From the human T2T-CHM13v2.0 reference genome, Homo sapiens: a stretch of 64,000 nt of DNA. The stretch lies in assembly GCF_009914755.1 (NCBI RefSeq), contig NC_060947.1, one strand, 5' to 3'. The notes beneath the pieces are model-generated. The model was not told the origin of the DNA and ran no database searches. It worked only from the letters and a program-made list of their open reading frames with translations. The position numbers were made by a program, and so were the translations under genes. Shown in pieces: positions 18,901 to 35,616 of the stretch. The stretch's first letter is position 1, and each line of letters starts with the position of its first letter.

Positions 18901-19179
18901 GCAGGAAAGTAGGGAAATTGTGGTATAAAACTTAAGAATGAGGAGTAGTTATACCTGGCTAGGCACAGGAGATGGGGATAAGACAAGAACTGACTTTGAA
19001 CTAGTTCTTGAAGAATGAGCAGGATAAACAGACTTGTCTGCTGCTGTGATTTCACAGAGGTCTGCATTTATTTCAGACAGGTGTGTGACATGTTGAAGAG
19101 GGTGATAAGGCACATGAAGTTGTTAAAGTGATGCCTGGTTTGAGTGTTAATGATTTGGAAGGTGATGGGTCCATGTGTG

Positions 19180-19280
19180 TTGAAGGGAGATGTTAAGTTT
19201 GGATTGGGTTTTGAACTTTTAGGGGTTCTTGAAGGGAGATGTTAAGTTTGGATTGGGTTTTGAACTTTTAGGGGTTCTTG
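19180..19280 (+). repeat. Perfect 49-bp tandem duplication
   Basis: TTGAAGGGAGATGTTAAGTTTGGATTGGGTTTTGAACTTTTAGGGGTTC twice (19180-19228, 19229-19277) followed by TTG. Confidence 0.97.
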
Positions 19281-19459
19281 GCTGCTAGAAACATAAACCA
19301 GATCAGGTCATCATAAGAAAAAAGGAAATTTGCTGCAAGGTTTGGGGCTCACAAATTTGATGGGAGGTTTGTAGAATCAAGAGCTGGCCAACAGACACTA
19401 CCGCAAAAGTTATGCAACAGGAACAATCTGTTATCAGCTCCCCATGGACTGAGTATTAA

Positions 19460-20480
19460 TCCTCAATGTTTTTCAATATATTCATCCATCTTCCTGCCAG
19501 TGGAGATTTGGGTTGTTTTCAGATTTTTGCCATTACAAACAGTGCTGTTATGTATTTATGTTTTCTGTTATAGATGTATAAGCCTTTCTATGGGGTAAAA
19601 TTGCCAGTTCATAAGATATGTTCATATTCAACTCTATAAGATGATGCCAAACTTTTTCCGTTTTATGCCAGACTATATAAATGTTACTTTGTTCCACATC
19701 CTTACCCACACTTCTGTTTTTTTTAAGTATACCTTAAAATTTGCATATGGTAAAATGTACTCTTATAACTATTACAGTGGTATGGGTTTTTAAAAATGCA
19801 TACAGCCTTGTATCTACTACCACAATCAGGATACAGAACAGTTTAATCACCCCTGAATATTTCCTCTGCTGCCCTTTGTAGTCAATTTCTCCTTCATCCC
19901 CAGGTTCTGACAATCATGGATCTATCCCTATCTCTATCCCTATCATTTTGCCTTTTCCAGAGTGTTATGTAAATGGAATCCTGGGCCTGGTTTCTTTTAT
20001 TCCACAAAGTGCATTTGAGATTCATTCATTTGTTGCATGTATTAGTAGTTCATTCTTTTTTTTTTAAATTGTTGAGTACTATTCCATTGTATAGATGTAC
20101 CACAGTTTGTTTACCCATTCCCTAGGTGAAGATCATTTGGGTTGTTTCCATTTTGGCAATTATGAATAAAGCTGCTATTAATATTTGTGTACAGATTTTT
20201 GTGTAAACACATTTTCATTTCTCTTGCATAAATATCTAAAAGTGGAATTGCTGAGTCATATGGTAACTATGTTTAACTTTATAAGAAACTGCCATTCTGC
20301 TTTCCAGAACAGATGTATGACACTTATACACACAGTAATGAGAGCTCTAGTTGCTCTGTATCCTTGACTGCATTGGGTATTGTCATTTTAAAAAGTCATT
20401 CTAACAGGCATATGGTGGCATATCATTGTTTTAATTTGCATTTCCCTAATGACAAATGATGTTCAACATCTTTAAAACAA
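19460..20480 (-). mobile_element. Old L1ME/L1M 3' fragments
   Basis: Antisense L1M 3' motifs (TATTCCATTGTATAGATGTACCACAGTTTG, TTAATTTGCATTTCCCTAATGAC). Confidence 0.75.
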
Positions 20481-20843
20481 TTTTAAAAAAAATTTCCATA
20501 GGTTCTTTGGGAACAGGTGTTGTTTGGTTATGTGAGTAAGTTCTTTAGTGGTGATTTGTGAGATTTTGGTGCACCCATCGCCTGAGCAATATACACTGCA
20601 CCCTATTTGTAGTCTTTTATCCCTCACCCCTTCCCGTCCTTTCCCCCTGAGTCCCCAAAATCCATTGTGTCATTCTTATGCCTTTGCATTCTCACAGCTT
20701 AGTTCCCACTTATGAATGAGAACATATGATGTATGGTTTTCCATTTCTGAGTTATTTCACTTAGAATAGTAGTCTCCAATTTCATCCAGGTCACTGCAAA
20801 TGCTGTTAATTCATTCCTTTTTATGGCTGAGTAGTATTCGAAC

Positions 20844-20873
<30 letters not shown>
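20844..20873. repeat. (TA)n microsatellite
   Basis: Interrupted TA run inside L1 3' region. Confidence 0.9.
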
Positions 20874-20874
<1 letters not shown>

Positions 20875-20899
20875 ACAGTTTCTTTATCCACTCATTGAT

Positions 20900-24892
<3,993 letters not shown>

Positions 24893-24991
24893 TGTGCTGT
24901 TTGTTGCCTGTGTATCTTGGTTTTTTGTTTTTGTCTTTTAAATTGTATTTTTGTTTTATAGGTCCTGTGAGACTGATGCTTTAAAGAGGTT

Positions 24992-25720
24992 CTATTTTGA
25001 TGTGTTTCCAGGATTCGTTTCAAGATTTAGAGCTCCTTTTAGCAGTTCTTGTAGTTGTGGGTTGGTAGTGGCAAATTCTGTCAGCATTTGTCTAAAAAAG
25101 ACTGTATCTTTCCTTCTTATATGAAGCTTAGTTTCACTGGATACAAAATTCTTGGCTGATAATGGTTTTGTTTGAAGAGGCTGAAGATAGGGCCCCAATC
25201 CTTTCTAGCTTGTAGGGTTTCTGCCGAGAAATCTGTTGTTAATCTGATAGGTTTTCCTCTATGTGTTACCTGGTGCTTTTGTCTAACAGCTCTTGAGATT
25301 CTTTCCTTTGTCTTAACTTTAGATAACCTGATGACAATGTGCCTAGGCCATGATCTTTTTGTGATGAATTTCCCAGGTGTTCTTTTTGCTTCTCGTATGT
25401 GGATGTCTAGGTCTCTATCAAGGCCAGGGAAATTTTCCTCGATTATTCCCACAAATATGCTTTCCAAACTTTCAGATTTCTCTTCTTCCTCAGGAACATC
25501 AATTAGGTTTGGTCATTTAACATAATCCTGGACTTCTTGGAGGCTTTGTTCATATTTTCTTATTCTTTTTTCTTTGACTTTGTTGGACTGGGTTAATTCA
25601 AATATCTTGTCTTTGAGCTCTGAATTTCTTTCTTCTACTTGTTCAATTCTATTGCTGAGATTTTCCAGAGCATTTTGCATTTATGTAAGTGTGTCCATTG
25701 TTTCCTGAAATGTTGATTGA
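24992..25720 (-). pseudogene. Disrupted L1 ORF1 C-terminal part
   Basis: IIEENFP, PRHIVIRLSKV, GKPIRLTTDFSAETLQAR, YQPRILYPVKLSF. Confidence 0.92.
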
Positions 25721-27889
25721 TTTTTATTTCTCCTTCTTGTAGTCTCTGTGCATTGAAGGGTTAGGCATTTATTGTAGTCTTCACTGCTTGGGCTTACTTG
25801 TAACCATCCTTCTTGGCAAGGCTCCCCAGATATTCAAAAGGACTTGGGTGTTGTGATCTAAGCTGTATCTGCTTTAGTGGGCACCCCAAACCCAGTAATG
25901 CTTTGGTTTTTGCAGTGTCATAGAGGTACCACCTTGATGGTCTTGGACAAGATGTGGGAGAATTATCTGGATTACTAGGCAGACTCTTCTTCTTTTCCCT
26001 TAGTTGCTCTTAAACATAGAATCTCTCTGTCCTGAGCCAACTAAAGCTGGGGGTAGAGTGACATAAGCACCCCTGTGGCCACCACCGCTATGACTGCATT
26101 GGGCTAGACAAGCAAGCACATTGCAGGGTCTTACCGAAGGCCTGCTGTAACCACTGCCTGGCTACTGCCTATGTTTGCTCAAGGCCCTGGGGCACTACAA
26201 TCAGCATGTGGCAAAGCCAGCCAGGCCTTTGTCATTCCCTTCAGGGGAGTGAGGTTCCCTAAGCCCCAGGTGGGTCCAGAAGTCGGCGATTGGAGTCAGC
26301 GACTAGAGCCAAAAACCTTAGAAGTCTAAGTGGGGTTCTATTGTATTGTGGCTGAGCTGGCAATCAAACCACAGGACACAGTTCTTCCTACTCTTTCTTT
26401 TGCATTCCAAAGGCAGAGCAGCCTCACCCTGAAGCTACCACCATCCCCAGCCCATGAAGGGTACTGCCAGATTACTGCTGATGTTCCCTTAAGACCCAAG
26501 GTCTCTTAAGTCAGCTTTTCATGAATGTTGCCTGGCCTGAGTCACTCTTCAGGGCAGTGGGCTCCCCTCTGGCCCAGGGCAGGTCCAGAAATATTGTCCA
26601 AGAGACAAGTCCTGGGATCGGGGACCCCAAGAGCTTGCTTGTTGCTCTACTCCTCTGTGGCAGTGCTGGTACCTAAGGCATAAGACAAAGCCCCCTGTAC
26701 TTTTTCCTCTGCTTTTCTCAAGCAGAAGGCCCTGTAGCCACCACAGCTGGTTATGTGCTGAGTATCACCCGAAGCCAGCAAGTCTCAGAGGTTCACCCTA
26801 GGCCCTCGATGTGGTACCTGGGTATCACTGCTGGTTATTCAGGGTCCAAGGGCCCTTCAGTTAGCAGGTGACGAATGCTGACAGAAGTTGGTTCTTTCCT
26901 TCAAGTCAGCGGGTTCCCTTCTGGCCCAAGGTGTGTCTAGAAATGTCTGAAGTCAGGGCCTGGAACCGGGGCCTCATGACTCTGATCAGTGTCCTATACT
27001 ACTGTGGCTGGCCTGGTATCCTAGATGTAAGACACAGTCCTCCCCAGTCTTCCCTCACTTCTGCTCAAGCAGAAGGAAGGGGTCTGTTTTGGAGTCTAGA
27101 TCTGTGGAGCCTGGGTTTAGGGGAAAGGTGATGCCAGAACTCTCTTGGCTGCCCCAGCTGGTGTCTAAATATGTTGCACCTGCACCGCCCACCCTCCGCC
27201 CTGCCCCCCGACCTCCACCTCAGTTCACTGTCTTGGGCCTAGTTCAGCACTACGGCTCACCTAAGAGTTGCAGTCTTTATGTCCTAGACTGCCTTTCAAG
27301 ATTACTTGCAGACATGGAGGGCTGTAGTCTTTGGTAGCAAGGTTTGCAGGCACCGAGTTTGGACTGTTGGGATTGGCAATTTCCCTCTGGCTAGGGCTGG
27401 ATTAAATGCACCTTCTGTGGTTGAGCACCAACTGAGTTTGATTCGGTTTTCCTTTCTGCTCTAACAGGACATCACTGAGCTCACTGCCTCACAATTGCTG
27501 TGTTTCTCCCTCCCCCAGCGCCCAGACGTGCTCTGGGTACCATGCTGCTGCTGCCAGAGGTCGGGGAGGGGTGGCATCCACAATTAAGGAATGTTTTTGT
27601 ATCTCTTCAGTGCCTCTTTCAGCGATATGAGGTTAAAACCTGGTACTATAAGTGCTCACTTGATTTTTGGTTCTTATAAAGCTGGGTTTTTTTTTGTTTT
27701 TGTTTTTTCTGTGTAGATTGTTGTTATCTTGGCAACCCTGCGGGGAGGATCATCGGTGGAGCTTTCTATACCACCATGTTGCTCCCTCTGCTCCCCTGAT
27801 TTTTGTATATTGATTTTGTATCATGCAACTTTACTGAATTTATTTATCAGATCTAAGAGTTTTTTGGTGGAATCTTTAGGTTTTTCTTA

Positions 27890-28300
<411 letters not shown>

Positions 28301-28491
28301 CTAGATCTCAGAGGATAGGCTTTCAGCTTTCTTCTAAATTGTATCTCTGTAATATCAGTTGTAATGTGTCTGTTTTTGTTGCTGATTTTATTTATCTAGG
28401 TCTTCTGTCTTTGGTTAGCCTAGCTAGGACTTTATTGATTTTGTTTATATTTTCAAAAAATCAACTTTTTGTTCCTTTGATCTTTGGTGGG

Positions 28492-28786
28492 TTTTTTTTT
28501 TTTTTTGAGATGGAGTCTTGCTCTGTTGCCCAGGCTGGAGTGCAGTGGTGCAATCTCAACTCACTGAAACCTTCGCCTCCAGGGTTCAAGTGATTCTCCT
28601 GCCTCAGCCTCCCAAGTAGCTGGGACTGCAGGTGCATGCCACCACGCCTGGCTAATTTTTTGTATTTTTAGTAGAGACGGATTTCACCATGTTAGCCAGG
28701 ATGGTCTCAGTCTCCTGACCTCGTGATCCCCCCGTCTCATCCTCCCAAAGTGCTAAGATTACAGGCGTGAGCCACCACGCCTGGCC
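28492..28786 (-). mobile_element. Full-length AluSc/Y-like SINE
   Basis: Poly(T), TTAGCCAGGATGGTCTC, CCTCGTGATCC. Confidence 0.93.
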
Positions 28787-31700
28787 TTGTGTTGTTTTTT
28801 AGTCTCTGTTTTATTTAGTTCTGCTCTGATCTTTATTATTTCTTTTCTTCTCCTGATTTTGTTTGTTTTTTTCTTGCTTTTCTAGTTTCTTGAGGTGCAT
28901 CTTAGATTGTGCATTTGAAATCTTTCTACTTTTTTGATGTGGGCATTTGTTGCTATAAACTTTCCTTTGAGCATCGCTTTTGCATTTTCACCCATAGGTT
29001 TTGGTATGTTGTGTTTTGATTTTCATTTGTTTTGAGAAATTTTTTTATTTCCTCCTTAGTTTTTTTCCTGACCCAATAGTCATTCTGCACATCTGGTACA
29101 ACAGTCGCCTCTTCTAATTTTTTGAATTTGCTTTTATAAGGGAGTACTTTTTCCTGAAGCTGTGTCTATGTTGTTGGTTGGGCAGGGCACTTTAGCTTTG
29201 ATTCTGGGTTCATGCAGTAGTGTAGTCTTCATATGATTTCTTCAGCTGTAAACAGACTTAGCAGTGTTTGTAATTTCCTCAGGGGATTAGGGTGTGGTTG
29301 TTAGTAGAGGCTGTGATAAACTTTTGCTGGGGATAGGGATGTCAGGTGGATAGGATGTCCTTTGGCCCTAGTTGTGGTGGTGGCAGGCCAACCATGCTTG
29401 TCCTTGAGCCTCAGGGCACCATATACTGGCACCAGTGTTAATAGGCCTAGGTGGGCTGATTCTTGAGCCTCCAGGCAGCTTGCTTGGGTGCTGGGAATGG
29501 CAGAGGTGGGCTAGGTGGGTTGGTGGGTCCTTAGGCCCCTGGTCAGTGGGCGTGGTTTAAGCAATGGCAGTAGCAGTAGTGGGACCCTATGACTCCCAAG
29601 TGATCTTTGCTCATGTGGTAGTGGCTATGACAGGCTAGATGGGCCAGTCCCCATGTCCACAAGTGGTGTGTGCAGGTGGGTGCCAGCTGTGCTGGTAGCA
29701 GCAGGTTTGGTGGGCCTATCCTTAGGCTTCTGGGCTATGTGCTCAGGTGCTGACAGTGATTGGAAGGGGCGGGCAATCCTCAGACCCTAGATAACATGCT
29801 TGAGCATGGGGAGATGGGTGGAGCAAGGCCGGGGAGTCCTGTCCTCAGGTCCCCCAGTGGTGTGTGGGGGCATTGGCTATGGTAGGCAGGAGCAGAGTGA
29901 GCCCAAGGCCCCTGGCAGAATGCTCAAGTGGGGGAAGCAGTGGTTGCACTGTGGCCCTGCTGTTGGGGAGGGTGAGGTTGCTTTTAGTGGCGGCAGTCAT
30001 AAACACATGGCTAGGGAGTGCATGCTTCAGCCCTGGGTGGTGTGTATAAGCAAGGTAGCCTTTCTTCAGTGCACTTTTAAATGTGTGACAGCCCTGCTAC
30101 TAGGGGTGGCAGGGTTACTGCTAATGGCTCATGCTTTGGCCCTGGCAACAGCAGCCAGCAGTGATACCTGCATGTGGGCAATGCCAGTAGGACTCCAGGG
30201 ATGTGGGGACGCAGGGACTATTGGGCCCCAGAGCAGGATGCAGTCTGCTGGGGGCTTGTTTCTCAAAATGGTGCCTTGCTGCAGCTGCTTAAGACTTGGG
30301 GTATGTGTGGAACCTGGCATGAGCTCCCCCTTTGGAGTAATGCAGTTGCACAGTGTCCAGGCAGCTGCCTATACTAACCTCATGGCCTGCATGTGTTGAG
30401 GGTTTTCATGTGGCTAAGATTGCAGGAGTCCAAGGTGGGAATGTGGACCACAGTGGTGGGGACGTCACTCACTTACCCTTTCCCCAGATTGTGGAGCCTC
30501 TCCAGGCTCACAGCTGATCCCAGCCTCCAGGTTGCCTTGCTTCCCTCTCCTTCCTTGCTTTAGGCGTTTCTTTGTTACTTCCCTGTTGAATTCTAGTATT
30601 TTCTCTTAGGTGATCTATTTGAAGTGTGATTATCTACTGCTATTTTAGTTCTTCTTTGTGGAGGAAAGGAGTATCAGATGTCTCTAGTCAGCCATCTTGA
30701 AGTCCCTCTGAGATAAGTAAGTTTAAGACTTAGGAGATCCAGGGCTTTAAGGCCAGGGGTAAAATGGTTAAATAGTATGAAGATGAAGAACCCACAGATG
30801 TGAGCAGAGAGCAAAGTGGGTAGATTACAAAGCAAATATTGAACCATTGAGGATGCTGGGTTATTGTTTCTGCCACATGTGGAAATGAACCACAGATATC
30901 CAGTCTGCATACTCTACTTAACCCATGCTTGTCTCCTTCCTCAAATGTTCCCTTTTTGTTTATACATATGTTTTCACAGAATCAGAAACACTCAACACAA
31001 CAACCCTAGGAAGGATTAATACTTCTATTCCCCATATTTGGCAGTATTCTATAGAGTGGAAATTGAAATCTCTCCCAAGACTGACTCTAGGCAGCATATT
31101 GAAAATTGAATATTGGTATACATATCATAGAACACCAGACATTTGCTGTACCAGAAAAGCTTGACATTATTGTTCTCCCAGCGTTACTGCCTTAGGTTGT
31201 CCTGTCTCTTGTTTTTTTAAGAGCTGGATGTCTGTACAGAGAATGTTATTTATCATAATTCTGTGATAAGTATTATCATCAGACATAAAAACACCTAAAT
31301 GAATCAACTGGAAGTTGCTAAAGATGTACATTTTGTAAAACTTTGAGATACATATTTTTTCATTTTATGCTTTATCATCCTGAAGTAACATGTCAGAATC
31401 CATCAGTAAACTGATTCTGCACTGTATTAATGTTTTGTTTTATAAAGTGAAGTTTATCTTGTGTGATTCTGTTTGGCAATCATTTTTATTAAGGAGGGGT
31501 GTCACCTTTCATGTATGTTTGTCTATATTTTGTCCAGATCTGTGCCAGGTAGCGTGAAGGGATACAATACATTGTTCTTGGAGGATTACAATCTAGTTGG
31601 GGAGAAACAATAGATGCTGGAGGCAGCTAGATTTAGTACCATAGATTTTAAACATTAATTATACACTGTCATATCATTTTTAATCATTTTGTGGGTGTTG

Positions 31701-32230
31701 GAGGCAGTGTATGAACTGGACAAACACTGAAGTATCTGTGGAAATTTTCTTGTGGAACTTTGATGTAAATAACTTGGGACAAGGGAGAAGTTCTTAGGAT
31801 GGAAGAACGAAAGGAAAACACATAAAGAAAAATATGTGTGTTTACGGAGGAAACAAGTGAGAAAGTAATGGCAGAAGGGGTAGAAGACAAAGGATTTGAG
31901 AGCCCGGATGTCATAAAGAGTCTCAATGCAAGTTCAGTGGGAAGGAGGGTGAGGTGAGGAGAGAGAAAGTTGAATTTAAAGGAAGTATTTTGTTGTTCAG
32001 GATAAAATCCTGAGAGAAACAATGATTTGTGTTGAGGAAGTCCAAGCTCACATTTACAAGCTCACATTACAAGCCCAAATGTTACAAGCTCGTATTTCCT
32101 TCATGGCTAGCTCACAGGTTTACCTCCTTTAAAATATCTTCAGATCAAGGTCTGGATGTTCCCTTTTTCTGAATGGTGTTTATGTTTGAGTGTACATTGA
32201 CTTAGCATCCAGTGATTTAAAGTATGTTTA

Positions 32231-32535
<305 letters not shown>

Positions 32536-32649
32536 TCATCTCCCCAAATAGATTTAACGATTATATATTCTATTTTAAATACAATAGACTACTATTGAAA
32601 TTTGATGCAGAAAACTGATTTAGAAGCCATCTAGTCTAGTATCTTCCTC

Positions 32650-33107
32650 TGTAGTGGCTACTGATCTCTACCCAGAATGCTGTCTCTTCCACAGGTTGGG
32701 TGTCCTTTGATTTTAAAAGCCTTGACCTGTGATTTTCTTTAGAGGAAAGGCCTTGGGCGGCTAGTCACTTTGTCCAGACACAGACAGCTGGAAGTGCCTG
32801 GGAGTTTAGTGTTACCATCTCCATCCCCGTCCTCATACCAACCAATGACTGACAGGTGTGAGTATGAAAGCACAACTCCTCTGACTCAAGGTGGGACAGT
32901 GTTGAGGCTAGACTTTATGTGTGTGATCCAGAGCACTTTGATCAGGCTCAGGCTGGGACTTCAGCTGAAATTACACCCTTGTTTGGCTTTCTCTCTCTGT
33001 GTATTCCCTCCCCATCACCCACACTCTCTCTGATTTTTCCTTACTTAATAAACCAGTTGCATATGAATCCTCATCTTAAGATTCATTGAGATTACTGACC
33101 TACAACA
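32650..33107 (+). mobile_element. LTR16-like ERVL solo LTR
   Basis: TGTAGTGG start, ACAGCTGGAAGTGCCTGGGAGTTTA, ACCAATGACTGACAGG, AATAAA near 33047, CA end. Confidence 0.7.
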
Positions 33108-33477
33108 TCCTCATTTTACTATGGGGAAACTGAGGCCTACTGTGGTTCACGCATTTGTCTAGTCATGCAGAGCCTACTTTTTGATCCAAATCTCTTGATT
33201 TCCATTTCTATGCTCTTTTAACTTCTCCTTAGTAGTTCTACATATTCAATAGACATAGAATAATTGTCTATTGAGTTGGTGAATAAATGATGAATGCACA
33301 GGCATTTTACTGTATGCTTAAAGGAGGCATGAATTTAAGATGTAATTCTTACTCTCCAGAAACTTAAAAACAAGAGAATGGATACGACTAATATTTATTA
33401 AATCGAATAATAAGGCAAGATGCTATTAGATCTAGAAGAACAAGGGACGGACAGAGAATGCATGGTTAGAGAAGGCA

Positions 33478-33518
33478 GAGAGAGAGGGGAAGAGAGAGAG
33501 AGAGAGAGTCAGAGAGAG
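33478..33518. repeat. (GA)n low-complexity tract
   Basis: Interrupted GA run. Confidence 0.85.
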
Positions 33519-34569
33519 TCAGCTTCAAAAACAGTATAGCATCTGCATTGCGGCTGAGAATGGTTAAGTTTAAACAAAATTTGTTTCAAAGTTGTTGGCA
33601 TTTTAAAACCTGGTATAGTTTTGTGTCCTAATGTTTTCACCCCACTTTGGGTACATTTCCATATTATCATGAATTGGGCTTTAAAATCACTCTTTAATAG
33701 AGACCCAGAATTTAATGGCATATAGATAGGTTGAATATATTTAATGATGCTCTTATTTTTGAATACTTAGATTTCTCTAAATTTCTGATAATGGAATGAC
33801 ACTGCACTGAAGATCTTTGTAGATAAATATTAGCCTACATTCTGAGATTATATGTGGAGAGTAAATTACTAGATATGTAACTACTGGGTTAGAGGGTAGA
33901 AAGTTTTTTGAGCATTTCTGAGACATATTGCCAAATTGCTTTCCAGAAAAGATTTCCAATGCTAGTATTTCACTTCTCAATGGCACATGGCTGTAGCTTC
34001 TCCAGAAGTTCTGGTCTTTTGTTTATTTATTAATTCATTAAATATTTATTAAGCTCTGACTACATGGGAAACCACATACTAAGTTGTTCTATATTATTAT
34101 GTTCTACCTGATAATGTAGAATCTTTATTGAGTTTTCCTCTTCTACTTTACCTTTTTTCTTCCACTTACAATATTCATAGCCCAGAATTAAGCATAAAGT
34201 AGGTGCTCAATATGTGCTTGTTCATTGATTGAAATGTGAACAATAGTCAAATTTTGCTATTTCTGTGCCTTGTCAGACCACGAACACATTGGTTTCCTTT
34301 TTCTATTATTTTCTGAGATCTAGCCAGGAATTATTTCATTATTTGTTGACCTATTATCATTGTTCATTCTGTTCTTGTTCAAGGTTGCACTGTCTTCTCT
34401 TATCCCTCTGAGGATATTAATGACAATTTTGAGGATTTTTTCTTTTTCACCCTTCACACTTTCTGTTTCTCCCAGCAACGTTTTTCCTGTTTGTTTTGAT
34501 TTCTATCTTTAATATTAAGACTTAACCACTTAGTTTTTCTTGTCTAATTACATTCAAGGATGGGCATAC

Positions 34570-34810
34570 ATAATAATAACAGTTAACAACTATATGAAGC
34601 TTACTCTATGCCAAGCTCTGTTCTAAGAGGTTTACATTTAATTCTCACAATAACTCCATAAAACAGGTTCTCTTATTATTTCCATTTTGTAGATTAAGTA
34701 GGAAAGGTTAATAACTTGCCAAAGGCTTCATGTCTAATAAATAGCAGAGCTAGCATTGTACCTGAGAGGGTTCGGATCCATAGTCTGTGCATATTGCTAC
34801 CGTGCCATAG
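34570..34810 (-). mobile_element. MIR
   Basis: TTATTATTTCCATTTTGTAGAT...GGTTAATAACTTGCCAAAGG. Confidence 0.7.
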
Positions 34811-35159
34811 CGTTTGCTTACAAACTTTATGCAGAGTGGTTGCAGGTCAGGCTGGTACTTGATGTCTTTTTATCTTGGTTTGATTAGACTCTCCTGTGCA
34901 GATCCTGCCTAGCAGCCAGGGTTCTGGAATCTAAAGGGGAAAGAAGGCTTAGTGTCTTAACATTCAGAGCATGAATTTTCCCTTAATCCACCCCCACATT
35001 TTCACTACAACGCTTGCCTTTGGTTGGCCTTCGGTTGCCTGTTCAGAGGCCTTCAGGTACACTCTCACCAAAGAACATGTCTCTGATCTTTTGAAGAGGT
35101 GGAAAGGGGTCAGTGGACTGAATGTACTGAGTAGAGGAGGATATCTGGGAATGTAACTC

Positions 35160-35325
35160 CTTTTTTATTTTAAAGTAGCTTTATTGAGATATACCGGTTT
35201 CAAAAGTAAAACTCAACAGTTTCTAGTATATTCAAAGAATTGTGCAAACAACACCACAATCAATTTTGGAACCTTTTGTTCCCCCCAAACAAAATCCTGT
35301 ACCCATTAACAGATACTCCCCATGT
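35160..35325 (-). mobile_element. Short L1MB-type 3' end
   Basis: AGCTTTATTGAGATATA...CTGTACCCATTAACAG. Confidence 0.7.
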
Positions 35326-35616
35326 TTGTGGGAATTGGGGTAATTCTTTGCTTTCTAATACTTTTCTGTTTTGCTTGTTTTTTTTAGAAAAATGATAAGC
35401 ACAGGTCGTTTTTGTAAAAATTATAAAATCGTTATGTAAAAAGCCCAATGTCTTAAAAGTTAAAAGAGTAGGATGTCTCAAAGAGAGCTTGAATAATAAC
35501 ATCAAATAGAATAGAGAAGTTGAAAGGGACAAAGACTGAAAGAGATCATTTTTCCTCCAACTGTAGGCACTGCATTCTTATTTTCATTTGGCAACTTTAA
35601 TTTTGAACTCAGAGGG

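Noticed and set aside
29800-30399. 199-aa + strand ORF
   Set aside because: Lies antisense in a GC-richer old L1 5' UTR, starts at TTG, no recognisable domain
31525-31556. 11-nt microexon candidate (CAG ATCTGTGCCAG GTAGCG)
   Set aside because: Weak donor and short pyrimidine tract; expected by chance in 64 kb
32045-32095. Short ACAAGCTCACATT-like reiterations
   Set aside because: Ordinary degenerate slippage repeat with no spacers
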